Position numbers and translations under genes: made by a program. Positions 1 through 13,565 of a stretch of DNA of 64,000 nt are shown here, piece after piece. Under the pieces are notes generated by a model that was given only the letters and a program-made list of their open reading frames with translations, had not been told where the DNA came from and searched no databases. Position 1 is the first letter of the stretch; each line of letters starts with the position of its first letter. This DNA is from Lingula anatina (taxonomy: Eukaryota > Animalia > Brachiopoda), in contig CM120644.1 of the NCBI GenBank assembly GCA_051362555.1, positions 8,502,954 to 8,566,953 on the forward strand. The letters run 5' to 3'.

Positions 1-65
1 AAAAGACATACTTATTCTGATTTACAAAAAAGTAATCAAAGTATAAAAAAAAAAAAAAAAAACTG

Positions 66-187
66 CTCACAATATTTAGTAATACTGGTCATGAGCAGAA
101 TTAACTCATAATATATACCAAACCCACTCACAATATTTAGTAATACTGGTCATGAGCAGAATTAACTCATAATATATACCAAACCCA
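66..187. repeat. Perfect 61-bp tandem duplication
   Basis: ctcacaatatttagtaatactggtcatgagcagaattaactcataatatataccaaaccca occurs at 66-126 and again at 127-187. Confidence 0.95.
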
Positions 188-254
188 TTGTTAATAGTTT
201 GGTGCAAATACATGTAATTTGTGCCAGGAGTTAATGTGGTCAGATATACCTTTA

Positions 255-424
255 AAGGCTTGTTCACAACAGGATCAACCTAAAACCTGCTCTGCACTTA
301 ACTGCATCATCTGTCAGCCAATCAAGATGGGATCTACTACCATTTTTACCTGACCACCCTATGCTGTTAAATGATGCAGTTTAGGAACACAAGTTTTAAG
401 TTATTCCTTATGTGAATGCGCCTC
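255..424. mobile_element. Small degenerate MITE-like palindromic element
   Basis: Imperfect inverted ends (aggcttgttcaca / tgtgaatgcgcct) and an internal inverted pair aactgcatcat / atgatgcagtt. Boundaries approximate. Confidence 0.4.
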
Positions 425-3241
425 AAACCTAGCTATCAGACTAGCCCTATACCACCCATGCAGCATGGAGCAAAAGCTCTCAGTAAAATGACATTTCAAG
501 AGTATATAAGCCCCTTACCCTTAATAGCCACCAAATTGTAAGGTTTATAGATAGTAGTTATATTTGATAGATGCGTTCCCATTTATTGAAACTGACTCTG
601 GATTTACCTAATGAGCACGCTCATTCTGCAGAAAAATTGATTGTACAATAAGAATGTCCTTGATACAAGATTTAAAAAATTCCATCTCAATACAAGTAAG
701 AAGCTTTGCCAAGCTTATCTTACTCTATTGGAAAATGAAAAATGTTTGCCACGGTGAAACCGAGTTGTTAGTTTAAGCAAAGTATAATCCAGTTTTCTAT
801 GGATAAATGTGGATTTCTGTCACAAGAGATATAACCATAACTTATCAAGTGAAAGGGTGACTAAAAATACATCCTTGTACAGGTTTCATAATAAAATAAG
901 AAATTTCCAAATTATAACAAAAAACAGTTTGTGTCCTGTAAGCAAAAAACACAGTGGTCAACACTTACACAGAGCCCAAAATAAAATTTCAAAATGTCAG
1001 ACAAAACCAAGCCGAAGGTGGCCATCTCTTTAACGAAATTTAAACCCAGAGCCTGAATCAAAAGCTACACATGTAACAGATATGACAAACCTGTACATTC
1101 TGAAGCATATAATCATTAACAAATCATATCACTAACATTGTCTTTGTACCGCTTAAAAATCAGCACTCAATATTGTTAAGTCACCCCCCCAAAAATTTTT
1201 CAATATTGTCAGCAAACTTATTATATTATATTTTAAATCACATTGAGTCTAGGAGTAAAGTGACCAAAGAGAACACTATATATGAGAAGAAACAGCAGCG
1301 TGCTTCAAAAGCATGGCAATACACGAACCAATGGTCCATTTCTGCTTTCAAATTGGTATACCTTGTAAATCTTTTATCAACACTTTCACATTGCCTGTTG
1401 TAGTCAAAGTAAAATAAAAGCCTCAGTCAGTAGTTGTCCATGCAAGACAAGACCAATAAACCAGTGAGATTTGGAACCACTTTATTATTTTTTTTCCTTT
1501 TTTTTTCAAATCATCCCTACATTTAGTGTAAGATGCATTTTCGAATGCCTCTTCATTTCATGTTAAGTTCATGAAAAGTACAAATCGGGGGGGGGGGGGG
1601 GGGGGGGGGGGGAGAGACTTTATGGCTAGTAATTTAAGTGTGTACAGGCCTGTTATCATGAAGCAAAACTCAATTATACTTTTGACATCTTTTTATCCTG
1701 TATTCTAGAGTGCATTAATTCATGTTTTTAGTACAAAAGGTTACATGGGTGAAAAATAAGTATCACTAAGAGAAATAACATGTGTGAGGCCAAAGTTCAT
1801 ATCCCATGCCTGATGTCATTTTTTGACATCAAATAAAATTTTCTTTTTCTATCAATTTTAGATTTTAAAACTGCCAAAACAGTGCTTTTGCTTAAAACTG
1901 TGCTTTTGTCAATAACATTTAATAAGAGGTTACACTGGGATGAGGGCATGTCTCAAATAGTGCTCAAGGTGCTCCAAGGTGTTGTTGTGATTCCAAATCC
2001 ACAGGGTTTGCATGGCCTGATAGAGAAGGCACAATTCAACAAGGCAAGGCTAGGTTCTAAAATATTGCAGACATGAACAGTATTGGAAGCTGCCTTCATA
2101 AAGACAAAGCCACCACTTGGAAGCTGCCTACATTGAGGCAAAGCCACCACAATCTGCCATGTTTACAGAAATATAATACTTAAAGACTATTGATCTACAT
2201 AATCTATCAAAAGTGATATTTATCAATTTAACTTTTAAACAGTAAATCTAATACATAAAAAGGTTTGCACAACTGCAAATGGTTTATCACCTTAAACACA
2301 GAAGGTTGAGATTTTGTGTAAGATGAAGTTACAGTTTTCTAAAACATAAAATAAATTATAAAACTGGCATACTACTTTCATAATATCGGTTCCCAATGAA
2401 AAAGGAACAAAGGCTTAGCCTCACCTTTTTGTGTTCTCATATCAAATACTTTCTCTCCCCCCAGCAAAAAACTGTACAGATTATACATCAACTCAAACAT
2501 GTCCCACAAATGCAAGACAAAGGGCACCAATTAATACAGGGGAACCCAAAAAGACACAAACCATACAGCACAGTTTCCCCAAACCCATTTTTACATACAG
2601 TTGTGGAGAAGATGCAATAGCTGCCACAAGTTCTGAATCGTCCAGATGAAGGCTCAAGTCTATTGCAGACATGAAATTTTGGAAGAAAGTTCCCCTTTGA
2701 CGACAATGAGACAAACACAAAACATATGCCTCAGGCCTAGCAAGCCAGAGCAGAGAATTGTCTGTTTACACAGTATAAAATGTTTAAAAGAAAACTCTAG
2801 CAGGATTTCTACTAGATAAAGAACTTGAGGATTGCTTTGAACAGAAGATGGGGAAAAAAGGCTCTTTCAAGGTAACTGTGTGAAAAATCTGGCAAGCAAA
2901 ATTGACGTGCTGTTTTTTCTATCAAGATATCAATGAGTCCCAAATTTCTCACTAATAGAGACCCTGCTAATTCATATCTATTTTGGAATTCCAAATGATT
3001 CTTTTCAAAAACTGGTTAAAACAAACTGCCAACAACTCAAAACATCCAGATAGCCAAATTTAGATTGAAATTTTGCAAAGATAAAGTATACCAGAAATTT
3101 TCATAAGGCGTCACTCTTAAAAACTTTGTGTTTGGTAGGCCTGATTATACAGAAAAAACTGAGCAGGGTACCAAAACCGAATCCTTTTTCACAAAATCAT
3201 AAAGAAAGAATAATCTACAGAAAGAAAACATTCTTGATTAC

Positions 3242-3280
3242 CTAAGAACAACTGTATTTAGACTACTTTGCCAAAACGGA
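3242..3280 (-). CDS. Candidate alternative 39-nt exon in the kinesin tail (phase 2-2 cassette or alternative terminal exon)
   Basis: Acceptor tttgtcttctttccttttag and donor AG|gtaatc. In frame after exon 20 it reads SPFWQSSLNTVVL; read-through of the donor gives AGG TAA (R-stop). Confidence 0.6.
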
Positions 3281-3648
3281 CTAAAAGGAAAGAAGACAAA
3301 ATCTAACAAGCCTGAGCCAAAGAACCAAAAAAGTGTAAGACAGATGCAGTTGTTTGAAAACAGACAAAAAACTATCAACAAACTGTAAAGTAACATCTTC
3401 TCGCGGGGGTAAATAGATATCTTAAGTTTTCAAAGAGTCACTAAAATATTGATAAACAGATTGTGTGAAAAAAATCAAACTTCCCATCAATTTACTTACT
3501 CAAATTCAAGAGTTAAACTCCCACGAATTTCTGCTAATTTACAGAGGGATCACATACATAAAAAGACGATTACTCAATACAAAGACAACCGAACACAAAC
3601 ACAGGGCAGAACAACAGAACAACTCCCCACTCCCTGCCATATACCCAC

Positions 3649-6600
3649 CTCTTCCTATCTCTCATAGCACCCTCCTTCGCATCTTTTAGCGCACTCTCCA
3701 GCGCCTTGACGCGGTCCATGGTGGCACGCAGCCTCTTTTCCAGCTTGGGCAGCTCGCACCTCAAATCAGCATTGTCACGCACAAGCTATAAAGGAGGACA
3801 GTATTATGTTAAATTATGAAATAATCTCGAATGTCTTTTTCCAGACAAACTTTGCATAAAACTTGATTATTGGAATGAACTGAAGATGTCTAATGCTCTT
3901 ACTTATACCCTCAAGAGAATTTCTAAGATGCACATGTAACTATTGTTCCATTCACACAATGGACATCAAAACAGTGACCACTACTTAGTTTGTAAGTTGT
4001 GTGGTGACTTGAGCGCCAGCATAATGTCTTCATCTATGCTAATATAAACACGTCTACTTGATCTAGATTGTTTTCAGGGAATGAAATCTGTCTCTGATAC
4101 CTACCTGTTTGTGTACTTTGGTGAGCTGATCTAGATTGTTTTCTAGGAATGAAATCTTCTGTCTCTGAGCAGCACTGCTGGTGGCATCTTCTTCCTCATC
4201 CAAACCCTGAAGATAACAAAGATTACATCATGATAACTCACAAACATAGATAAAATACAGCATTTGCCCCGTAGTCATTAAATAAAATAATTTTGTCAGC
4301 TATGTTATGCACCTAAAGTTTCTGTAATAGACACATGTGAGGCACTGAAATATTTAAGGTTAGCTCTTGTAAGAAGAAAAAAGAGAGGTAAATTTGAATT
4401 TCTGAACTCCATAATGAAAAATGCAGCCATGCCCGCTCTTGGAGAAAAATCTTTTAGTTAAACATCTTAGTTCACACTGAGAGAGGAAACAGAATAGAGA
4501 CTGACAACTCAAAGGTAATCTCATTTCCACAATATCACAACATACAAACACATCCCCAGACATCCCAGAACACAACTTACAGCATCTTTGACTTTCTTGA
4601 CTCTGGCCTGCAGGTCCTGGACAAACAGTTTCCTCAGGTTGTGGAGGGTCTGGAGCTCTTTGGCTACAGTCTCCTCCAGACCCTTGAGGTCCTGCTTGGC
4701 TTGCTCCCTCTTCTCCAGCTGTAGGGAGACCTCGCTGAGCTTGGTGGCCTTCTCAGCCTCCTCTGCCTTCAGCTTGTCATGGTCGGCTTGGAGCTGGTCG
4801 TGGGCCAGGCTCAACTTTTGGTTCACCCTGGAAGTGAATGGTGGTTTTAGTTATCCACACAGAGTAACAGCATGATCTTTTATGTTTATCTTTTATAATT
4901 ATATCAAAATGTTAGGTCACAAGAATAATGTGAATGTTTAAGTTTTGGCATAGCTTATTTGGAGCTGGATTTGTAAAAGTACATTCTCTGGTTCACTAGA
5001 TATTAGACAGTGACTGAATAATGTCATGATATAATGACTGTGGACAACCGTGGTATCTGCGAGAAGGGTATGAAAAAAAAAACAGAAGTAAATTTGACAA
5101 ATAAATAGAACTCAATTATACGAAATGCAAACCACGTACTCTTTCAGTTGCTCTATCTGGTTCTGTTTCTCTGCAATCTCATCTCTGAGTGCGTTCAGCT
5201 GTTTCTGGTGGGCCTCCCTGTGGCTTTCCATCTGCTTCTCCAGGGCTGTCTTCATGTCATTGGCAGACTTGGCTTCCTCTGCCTTCACATTGTACACTTG
5301 CTCTGAAATGATGATAACATCAATGTTACTGGTGCTGAAATTATTAGGGGGTTTGAGCAGCAGGTTGTAAAAGCTGGGGTTGGGGGTGGGGGTGGGAACA
5401 GAATCAAGTAGGGTGTGAGTGCACCCCCCACCCCATACCCCATTTGAGAGGTTACAAAACTGGGAAAGAATTCATGTCTTTTAAAGTCCTGCTTATTGTA
5501 ATCTTTAGTAGTATAAGTTCCTCTTTAACACATGGCTCAGGGTGTTTTAATATCCCACCTTGGGCCTTAAGCTTAGCACACTCCTCCTCTAACCCATCCA
5601 CAGACTCCTCCAACTGTCTCTTCTTCTTTTCTGTCTCTTTAAGGTTCTCTGTCAGGGACTTGATCTTAGCTTCATTCTGGAGGATAAAGTGCAACAATGA
5701 AAATTTTTTGTTAAACTCATGATATTTCTCACTCATGCCCTTGGCAGAGAAAAACACTTTCAGGAAATCATTTGTATTTAGAGAGTTATGGATTGAATGA
5801 CCAACAAACTATTTGTTAAACTATGTTTAAAGCTTGGGAAAGTTTAAACAAAGACATCTGTGATATGCTACCACAGGACCCTACACTATCTGTACTGAGC
5901 TGGACCATGCAATTCTTAATGGGAAAATACTTACACTCTGTGTCAGAATCTTCATCTCAGACAACTCCTTCTCGTAGGCGTTAATCTTGTCGTTACTGCT
6001 GGTCTGGGACTGCTCCAGTGTCTGGGTGCGTGTGCAGAGGGTCTTCACCTCTGACTTCATCTTGTTGATGTACAGCCGTGCCACCGTAAACTCTTCCTCG
6101 ATTTTCTCACTCTGACCTATGCTAGGCTTCTAAGAGAAAATCAGACTTTGCAGCAAAACAATAACATCTAGAAAAACCTTGCAAGAGGTTTTATTGCCTT
6201 TTCTTCAAAAATAGCCTATTTAAATAGAAGGCAAAGTTTTCCATCAAGATACTTGATATCATGCCTATTTCATTACACAGTTTAAAAGTAATCAAAAACA
6301 CATAACTTGAATATTTTCTTTTCTATATGTTGACTTATGTAATACAATTATTTAACAATTCAATATCTGCATTAACTTGAAACCGAATATGTAGATCAAG
6401 ACTTCATCTGTTAGACTTCAACACACTAACAAACAATATTTGTTACAGAAGATATATTTTCACACATGCGATATTCCTAAATACTTACAGCAATGTCCCC
6501 AGCGCTGCCCCCAATAACGCCACCTATCTCACTGAGGTCGCGCAGCAGGCTGATCATCATCTCTGACGTCCTCTTCTTTTGGTGGAGGCTGGAATCCTTG

Positions 6601-9600
6601 ATTTGGTGTAGTTCAGCCTGGGTGTTGTTCAGAAGGTTCTGAAAATATTCGGAGGAAATTGCATGAATGAGATGTTCATTACAAATCTGTAATAAACCCA
6701 TCAATCAATCCATCTTCTGTCAATGTCTAGTTAATGTGAGTCAAACAACAGGAGTAGTAATAAATTAATAAATTATATAGCAATAATCTTCACGAGAAAC
6801 TTTTTTTTTTACAAAGTAATTCCGTCTTTGCATTAATTTTCAAACTCAACCTTGATGGAACACTACACAATAGGTAACTTAACTCTACCTACACTTTTTA
6901 TTACACTCAGTTGTAAAACCTGGCCATTTGTCTCTTCTGTCTATTAAATGACTCCCTTATTTTATCCCTGTTTTTATTTAATTATAGTGCATGTGCCCAT
7001 TTTGTACTTACACTCTTTGAATTCAGTTCATCTGTCAGCTGTTCATTCTCCTTGTTCTTGTTGTCAACCTCCTGTGATTTCTGGTCGTAGTTCATCGCCA
7101 GCTCCTCCAGGGCCTGCAGCACCTCCTTCACCTCCTCCTTAGCGCTGTCGTTCTCGCCTTGAATGCGTGCCATCTCCTGCTGCAGCACGTCGTAGTCGCG
7201 GCGCGTAGCAGCAATCAGTTCTTCTTGCTCCATCATCTGTTCCTTGAGGCGCTCCACCAGGGTGGCCTGGTTTGCGATCTCATCTTCCTATGAAGGTCAG
7301 AGGTCAGAGTACGTTAAAAGGTCAGAGGTCAAAATACAAAGAAAGGTCAGGGGTCAAAACAAAATTCAGCTAACTTAAAATGATATCTGGTACATCAATT
7401 TCTTTACAACTAAAGCATGTGGAACAAAAGCCTGTCCAGGACCAAATATCTCTGTGACACGAATATTCTATGCCATGAAAATGTGCTTTTTGAGGTGTCT
7501 GGGAAATCCATTACATGCAAACTGTACTTCTCTTACTGGGATCTTCGTCTCAATTTATTCTTAAAATTTTATCTCTGTGAAAGGCAACAAACCGTATTGT
7601 ACATGCAAAATTAGACAAACTATTGGATCTCTATTCTTGTTATTTATGAACTTTTGAACTTTGAAAAGAATCATACTGGGACATCAGCCAAAAAAAAAAA
7701 AAAAAAAGACCTTATCCTGGAGTTCCTTGTACTGCTTCTCCTTCTCCTCCTCAAACATTCTTCTCTCGTCATCACTGAGGGTCCCCTTGCCACTAGAGGG
7801 CAGCAATGAGGGCAGCGAGGCTGTACTGCTGGTCATACTCTCCATCATGACGTCTGTGATGTCCTTAGGGTTCAACTGGTCCTCCTTGGGGACAGCCTCG
7901 CCTAGAATTTGACAGGTTTTTCTATCTAAATTTTCCAAGTTCCTAGCTTAACTTTACAAATGTTATGAAGTAATTATTTTTCTAAATGATTTGTACATAA
8001 TGCTACTAGAGAGCAAAGGCAGCAAACCTGAATTATGTTCAAATGAAGATTTAACCCTTAACTCATAAATTATGAATTACTGAACCTGGTGGTTTGGTGA
8101 CACATTTCATTCAGTTTCAGTTGATCAAGTAGCTAACACAACTGCTTGGTTAATTCTTTCTAATTTATTTTGATCCAGTTGTGAACATGCCTCAGTCTTT
8201 CCCATTCTTACCATTCCTCCACCTGTTGAGTTCACTCTCCAGTTTCTGCAGCTGTCCTCTCAGCCTGCCACTCTTCTCTTTCTCCTTCTCATACCTCCTC
8301 TTCCACTCCTCAGCCGTCAGCTCCTCATTCACCATCACTGTATTCTTGATTGTCTTGGCTCTGATGGCATAGAAAAAACAACACTTATACATCACTTGCC
8401 AAAGTAAAGGTATGATTTGATTTAGATTTAAAAATCAACAGGAAAATTGAACTCTTTAGTAAAAACAAATTATAGTATTGTGAATTTTCTTCAGTTTACT
8501 CTTTTACAGAAACATATAACATAACTACCTTTGTCCAAACTTGACCAATGTTTTGATTTCAAATAAGTCATTTATGAAGAAAAAAATATCAAGATCAACC
8601 TCCAGAAAGGAATAACTACATCAAACATGCAGCATTATCTAAACATAACAGCAGATTTTTCTCTGAAAATACAACACACACCCCACAGAAAAGAAGAATA
8701 AGTAATAGATAGTAAACACACACCTCTGTCCAAACATGAGGGTTGATTTGGTCTCAGACTCATTGTAAGAGGCGGGAGAGCAGCAAATGATCATGGTGGT
8801 CCTGGCGTTACCTCCCAAACTCTCCTGCAGAATCCTGGTCAGCTTGCTGTCTCTGTAGGGAACGTGGGTTTTCTGAAATGCGGAAAAAGTGTGTGTAGTG
8901 TTGTGTAAGAAGGTTACTACGAATGGAACCACCGGATCGAGCATTCACAAACTAGCATTTTAGCCAGGAAAGTACATGGGAAAATGACAGTACAAAAAAA
9001 AGTGTCAATTTGTACAATATACATTATACTTTTGAAATGAAATATGAAAAATAAGATAACATGATTATAGTTGACCCCATGCTTTGAAGGTCACTTAAAT
9101 TGTACTTCACAATTTTTAAATAGTTGTTCAAGATGACAATCAGGCTCAGATATTGTGAGCAGGATGCAGTGCTCCTCAAAAATAAAGACTATAATAATAA
9201 GCTGTAATGGTACTTACATTTCCATCTGCCAGAGCTGATATGACATTTCCTAAAGCTGACAGAGATTTATTGATGTTCTTCGCCTCATCCAGAGTGGTAC
9301 CCTCACAGCCCGTCTTACTGACCTAGAAGACATTTAAGTTAAAGGAATCCAATGGTCACAAACACAGATTCTGCTATTTTTAACACTTTCTTCTTCAAAT
9401 CAACCACATTGCTCTTATCAGAATCTTATCAAAACTATCAATAGACATCCTCTACTATGGCTAAGTAAAAGGGTTTATTTATTTATTTATTTTTGTTAAA
9501 TCTATCATGGGTAAAGTCAGAAATCTGAAATTTGGCAACAAGATTCTCCCATCTGGAAATAACAAAAGGTCTGTATGCCATACCTTCTCACTACCAGCTA

Positions 9601-12600
9601 AATCCACAAGGTACAGTTTGCCGCTCAGTTTTTTCTGTGTCTCCAAGTTCTCTTGCCTCACTTGAATCAGGAACACACTGTGACTACGAGAGCTGTGCTC
9701 ATTCATGTCTGGAAACAAAACAAGGTATCATTTACCAACTAAGACAAATTTATTCAACAGGTAAAATGTATGGTTAACAGAGGCTCAACTGATGCTAGGC
9801 ATTTCTTGGCATGGTCTTAAAATGTAAATTCCTGATAACGTGCAACTTACTTAAAAATTAAGTATGTTATTGTTATGCCTCTTCACTACTTCTTCCAACC
9901 TTTTAGAAATATTAAAATAATTCTATTCTACCCACTGAAAAGTTATAACCTCTAAGTAAAACAAAACCAGTCTTATGGACATGTCCAACATCCGCCGTAC
10001 GTGCTTACAGGCTGTCTGCAAACTTGAAATTTCGTAAGAAAGACTTGAGTGGGACATGAAATTCTGCGCAAAATTTGTACGCAAACAGCCTAAAAGAGCC
10101 CGTACGGCCGGTTGTGACCGAGGCTTAACTTCACAAAGACAGCAAAGATGTACTTACTTGTGACTGCCACATGTCTGTTGGCCTTGCCTTCATCTATCAC
10201 TTCAAACACCTCCTCTGGGCTGGACACGAACCTCTCTGTGGAACCCTAGCACACACAGAGCACAGGGGGATTAAAACATGCACACATACAAGTTTAAAAA
10301 GAGGCCACGGCTTAAATGAAGGTCTTCAAGACGTGGGGCTTAAATTAAAAGATGACGTTAAAAATAAACAAAGGTTCACTAATTTGTTGTGTAACAACAT
10401 TGAAATATCATACAAAAAATAAACCATTTAATTCAATAAATATTTATTTAAAAATGAAAAATAATGATTTGTGATATTCCTTTTTACCTCATATGATCAT
10501 AAATGCTACATATTACCATATGGTGTATTGAGCTTTAATTTTATAAAATCTTTTGCATTACTGCATTCCCAAAATTAACAGTAACTCCTTCAATCTGAAC
10601 TGGATTTTTAATCTTTTTTTAATATATAAGAAAGGTTGACATACATCGGTACAGATAAGCAAAGATCAAAACTTATTGAACTTTGTGAAACATTCTGTAT
10701 TCATTATTAGTATTCTTTTTTTTTATTTGTATTCATTAGTAAAGAGTGCCAATCATCTACATAAAACATGGGGACAACATGTCTAACTACCATGCCAAAC
10801 TAGAACACACAAGGTAAGTTGGTTATTTTTTTCTGACCAAAGGTATGCTACAGAAGGACTAAACTCTTGGTGTGCACAGGACAGTTATGAGGCAAAGTTA
10901 ATCGTTTTGAAGCAGTTAGAACAAATATTTGGTTAGTTATCAAGATTATGGTTACTTTTCATTTGCATTCCTTTCACTTTAAGCTTTAAGTCAGTACAAA
11001 CTCACTCCCTTTATCTCAAATTTTCTTATCACACCTGCCCTCCATATTAAACATAAATTGTTAGTGAAAATCTACACACAACATCTAACCCAAGATGGAT
11101 GTCTACCCATAACCCCCTAAAAGTTTAGGCAAACAAAAATATACATCTATTTTGAATTACTACCCCAACCCACACTGTCATTCAACCTAAACTGTCCTGT
11201 GGCTATTTGGATATATTACCAAAACTAAAGATGTCATAATAGTCTTAAACCAACAGAAATATTACTAAACGCATATCAAGACATATAAATAGTTCTCACC
11301 CACTTTAAAATGTTATTCAAACCCAAAATGCCCAAACAAAATAGTTACTCACCCACTCTGATGTATAACCCAAACCCACATTGTTAAACAAACAAAATGG
11401 CCACTCACCCACTTTGACCTATTATCCAAACCCATAATGTCCAACAACCAAAATTGTCCCTCACCCACTTGGTATTACTTATAAAACCCACCTTCACGTA
11501 GGGCACTCTGTTTTTGTCTTCATGCACTGACAAGTTGCTTTTGGTAACTACATACAAAGGACAAAGGTTAACTAGCAGTACACACAGACTAAATCATTCC
11601 TCCTAACTACAAAACACTATCATTTTCTGGGTTCACCATAGCATAATATTTGTACTAATCACTCAGCAGAGAAAAATTAGTGAAATCAAATTCTGGAGTG
11701 AAATATTGGTTCATTTTTTTTAAGCCACGATAAATCATCTTTAAAATTTGGTAAAGTTTTTTATGCTAGGATGAGCCAAGGGTATGGCTTCGTGCAGTTA
11801 GTGAGACTTTTCATAAGAGGAGTGTGGGTGGTGTACAAGACTGCAAACAAAAAGTTCATTTGGATAGTGTACAAGACTGGAAACAGAAAGTTAATTTATG
11901 TCTTCAAAACTGGCCATTTGGAAAAAGTGTATTCTTTTATTTTTTCAGTGTAAAATTCCAAAGTATTTTATTATTATGATAATTTCAAAAATATGAGTTT
12001 AAAAGCTCAAAAGTAGCGATCTCTTGTAGCACACAATATGACACCACTCCTCTGAAGACAATGCCATCACTATGGGATGAATGATCAAAGAATGAGTCCT
12101 GATTACACCTTACATATAATGTACATGTGGTTTGAATCCAGGCTCACACTGTTTAGCAATATGTACAGACCCATAGCGCATTTTCTTCCATTAAATCAAT
12201 TTCTTCAATTTTGTTGTAAGATACTTCATCTTTAAACACAAACCAAACTGCTGTGAACCACAATCAAACCTGGATTGAGCCACAATCCATAAAGTGTAAA
12301 CAGGGTCAGGATGGTAGGGAAAGGATAAAATCATTATGATGCTGATTGTGATGATGGTAAGGGGCTATACAGATAGAAGTGGTTGAAATAACAACATCAC
12401 ACAGGAATCACAACAGCTATACACAGGGCAGGCTGCAGGGAGCTCAGTGAGAGCCTGGCCTGGCATCTACCTTCACATAGGGAATACGGTTCTTGTCTTC
12501 ATGGACTGACAGGTTGGTTTTGGTGACTGGTGAAAACATGAACAAATATGTAGTTAATATCAGTGGTTCAATAATATTATTATTATTTACACAATCCCTG

Positions 12601-13529
12601 AAAATGACCATATTTTCTCAAACAACCTGGAAATAAATAATTTAAAGTAAAGATATTGTGCAATATCAATATTCAGACACAAATGATAAAATGTTTCTTT
12701 GACACTGAAAAGTTAATAAGAGATAACAACAAAATTAACAATAATTGCCATGAGAAAGATGTACTGGCAACAAATAATAGGATCTTACAAGTACAAGTTG
12801 AAAACTTCATAGAATCAATGAAATATAATTACATAAAGCTAAAACAAAACTTAGATTTGGAAAATGTTCAATAAAAGAAATGTACATACACAGATTAAAA
12901 TTACTCATGAATAACTAGCATGCAAACAATGGTAAACAGTTTTAATATTACTTAAGCTCACGTTCTTGGCAAATCTGGTTTAAATTATCTTCAAATTCAT
13001 ATTCTAAGCTCAAACTCCAAGTATTCCACAAAAATGAAATATCTCAACTAATTTTTCACCATCTGATCAATGACCTGCTGAAAAATTAGTCTATTTTATT
13101 TATTTATTTTTCAAAGTTTCTAGTAAATTAAAATGGCACTGAGCTCATGCTCCTGTGAATTCTCTCTTCAACAAGTGAAAAAAATAGACCAGTAATCAAA
13201 CAAGCACTGCGGTAAAGATTGGCACATAAACTAGTAAAATCTGTCTTTGAATTTTGAGATTTCTACATATCAGCCAGGATGCTCCTCAAGTGGCAGTGGT
13301 GGCGGTGGCGGTGGACAGCTGACACAACACAGAGAGTACGAGACACAGCAATCACAGCAAGAATTGGGCAGGTGCTCTTAGATCATGGTGAAGCATTGTG
13401 GTGGTCATCAAGCAGCATTTTTGGAAAGTGAAAGATTTAGTAAACATAAAACACAGACTGCAAATTGTTGTCACCTCAAGTAGATCCACCATTCAACATT
13501 GTTCCATTCCTGATGAAAAGTGTGTGTGT

Positions 13530-13565
<36 letters not shown>

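Noticed and set aside
2083-2150. ~34-bp imperfect tandem duplication (ttggaagctgcct..caaagccaccac)
   Set aside because: Ordinary local duplication with no sign of function.
4588-8372. Plus-strand ORFs over kinesin coiled-coil exons (and minus-strand ORFs over the TRIM gene, plus-strand ORF 63485-63826)
   Set aside because: Antisense shadows of real coding sequence.
9290-9322. Kinesin loop 11 reads KTGCEGTTL rather than the more usual KTGAEGxVL
   Set aside because: A real but small substitution in a variable loop; significance cannot be judged without an alignment.
11290-11470. CRISPR-like repeat-spacer array
   Set aside because: Eukaryotic intron, the inter-core sequences resemble each other, and no cas genes are present; it is a minisatellite.
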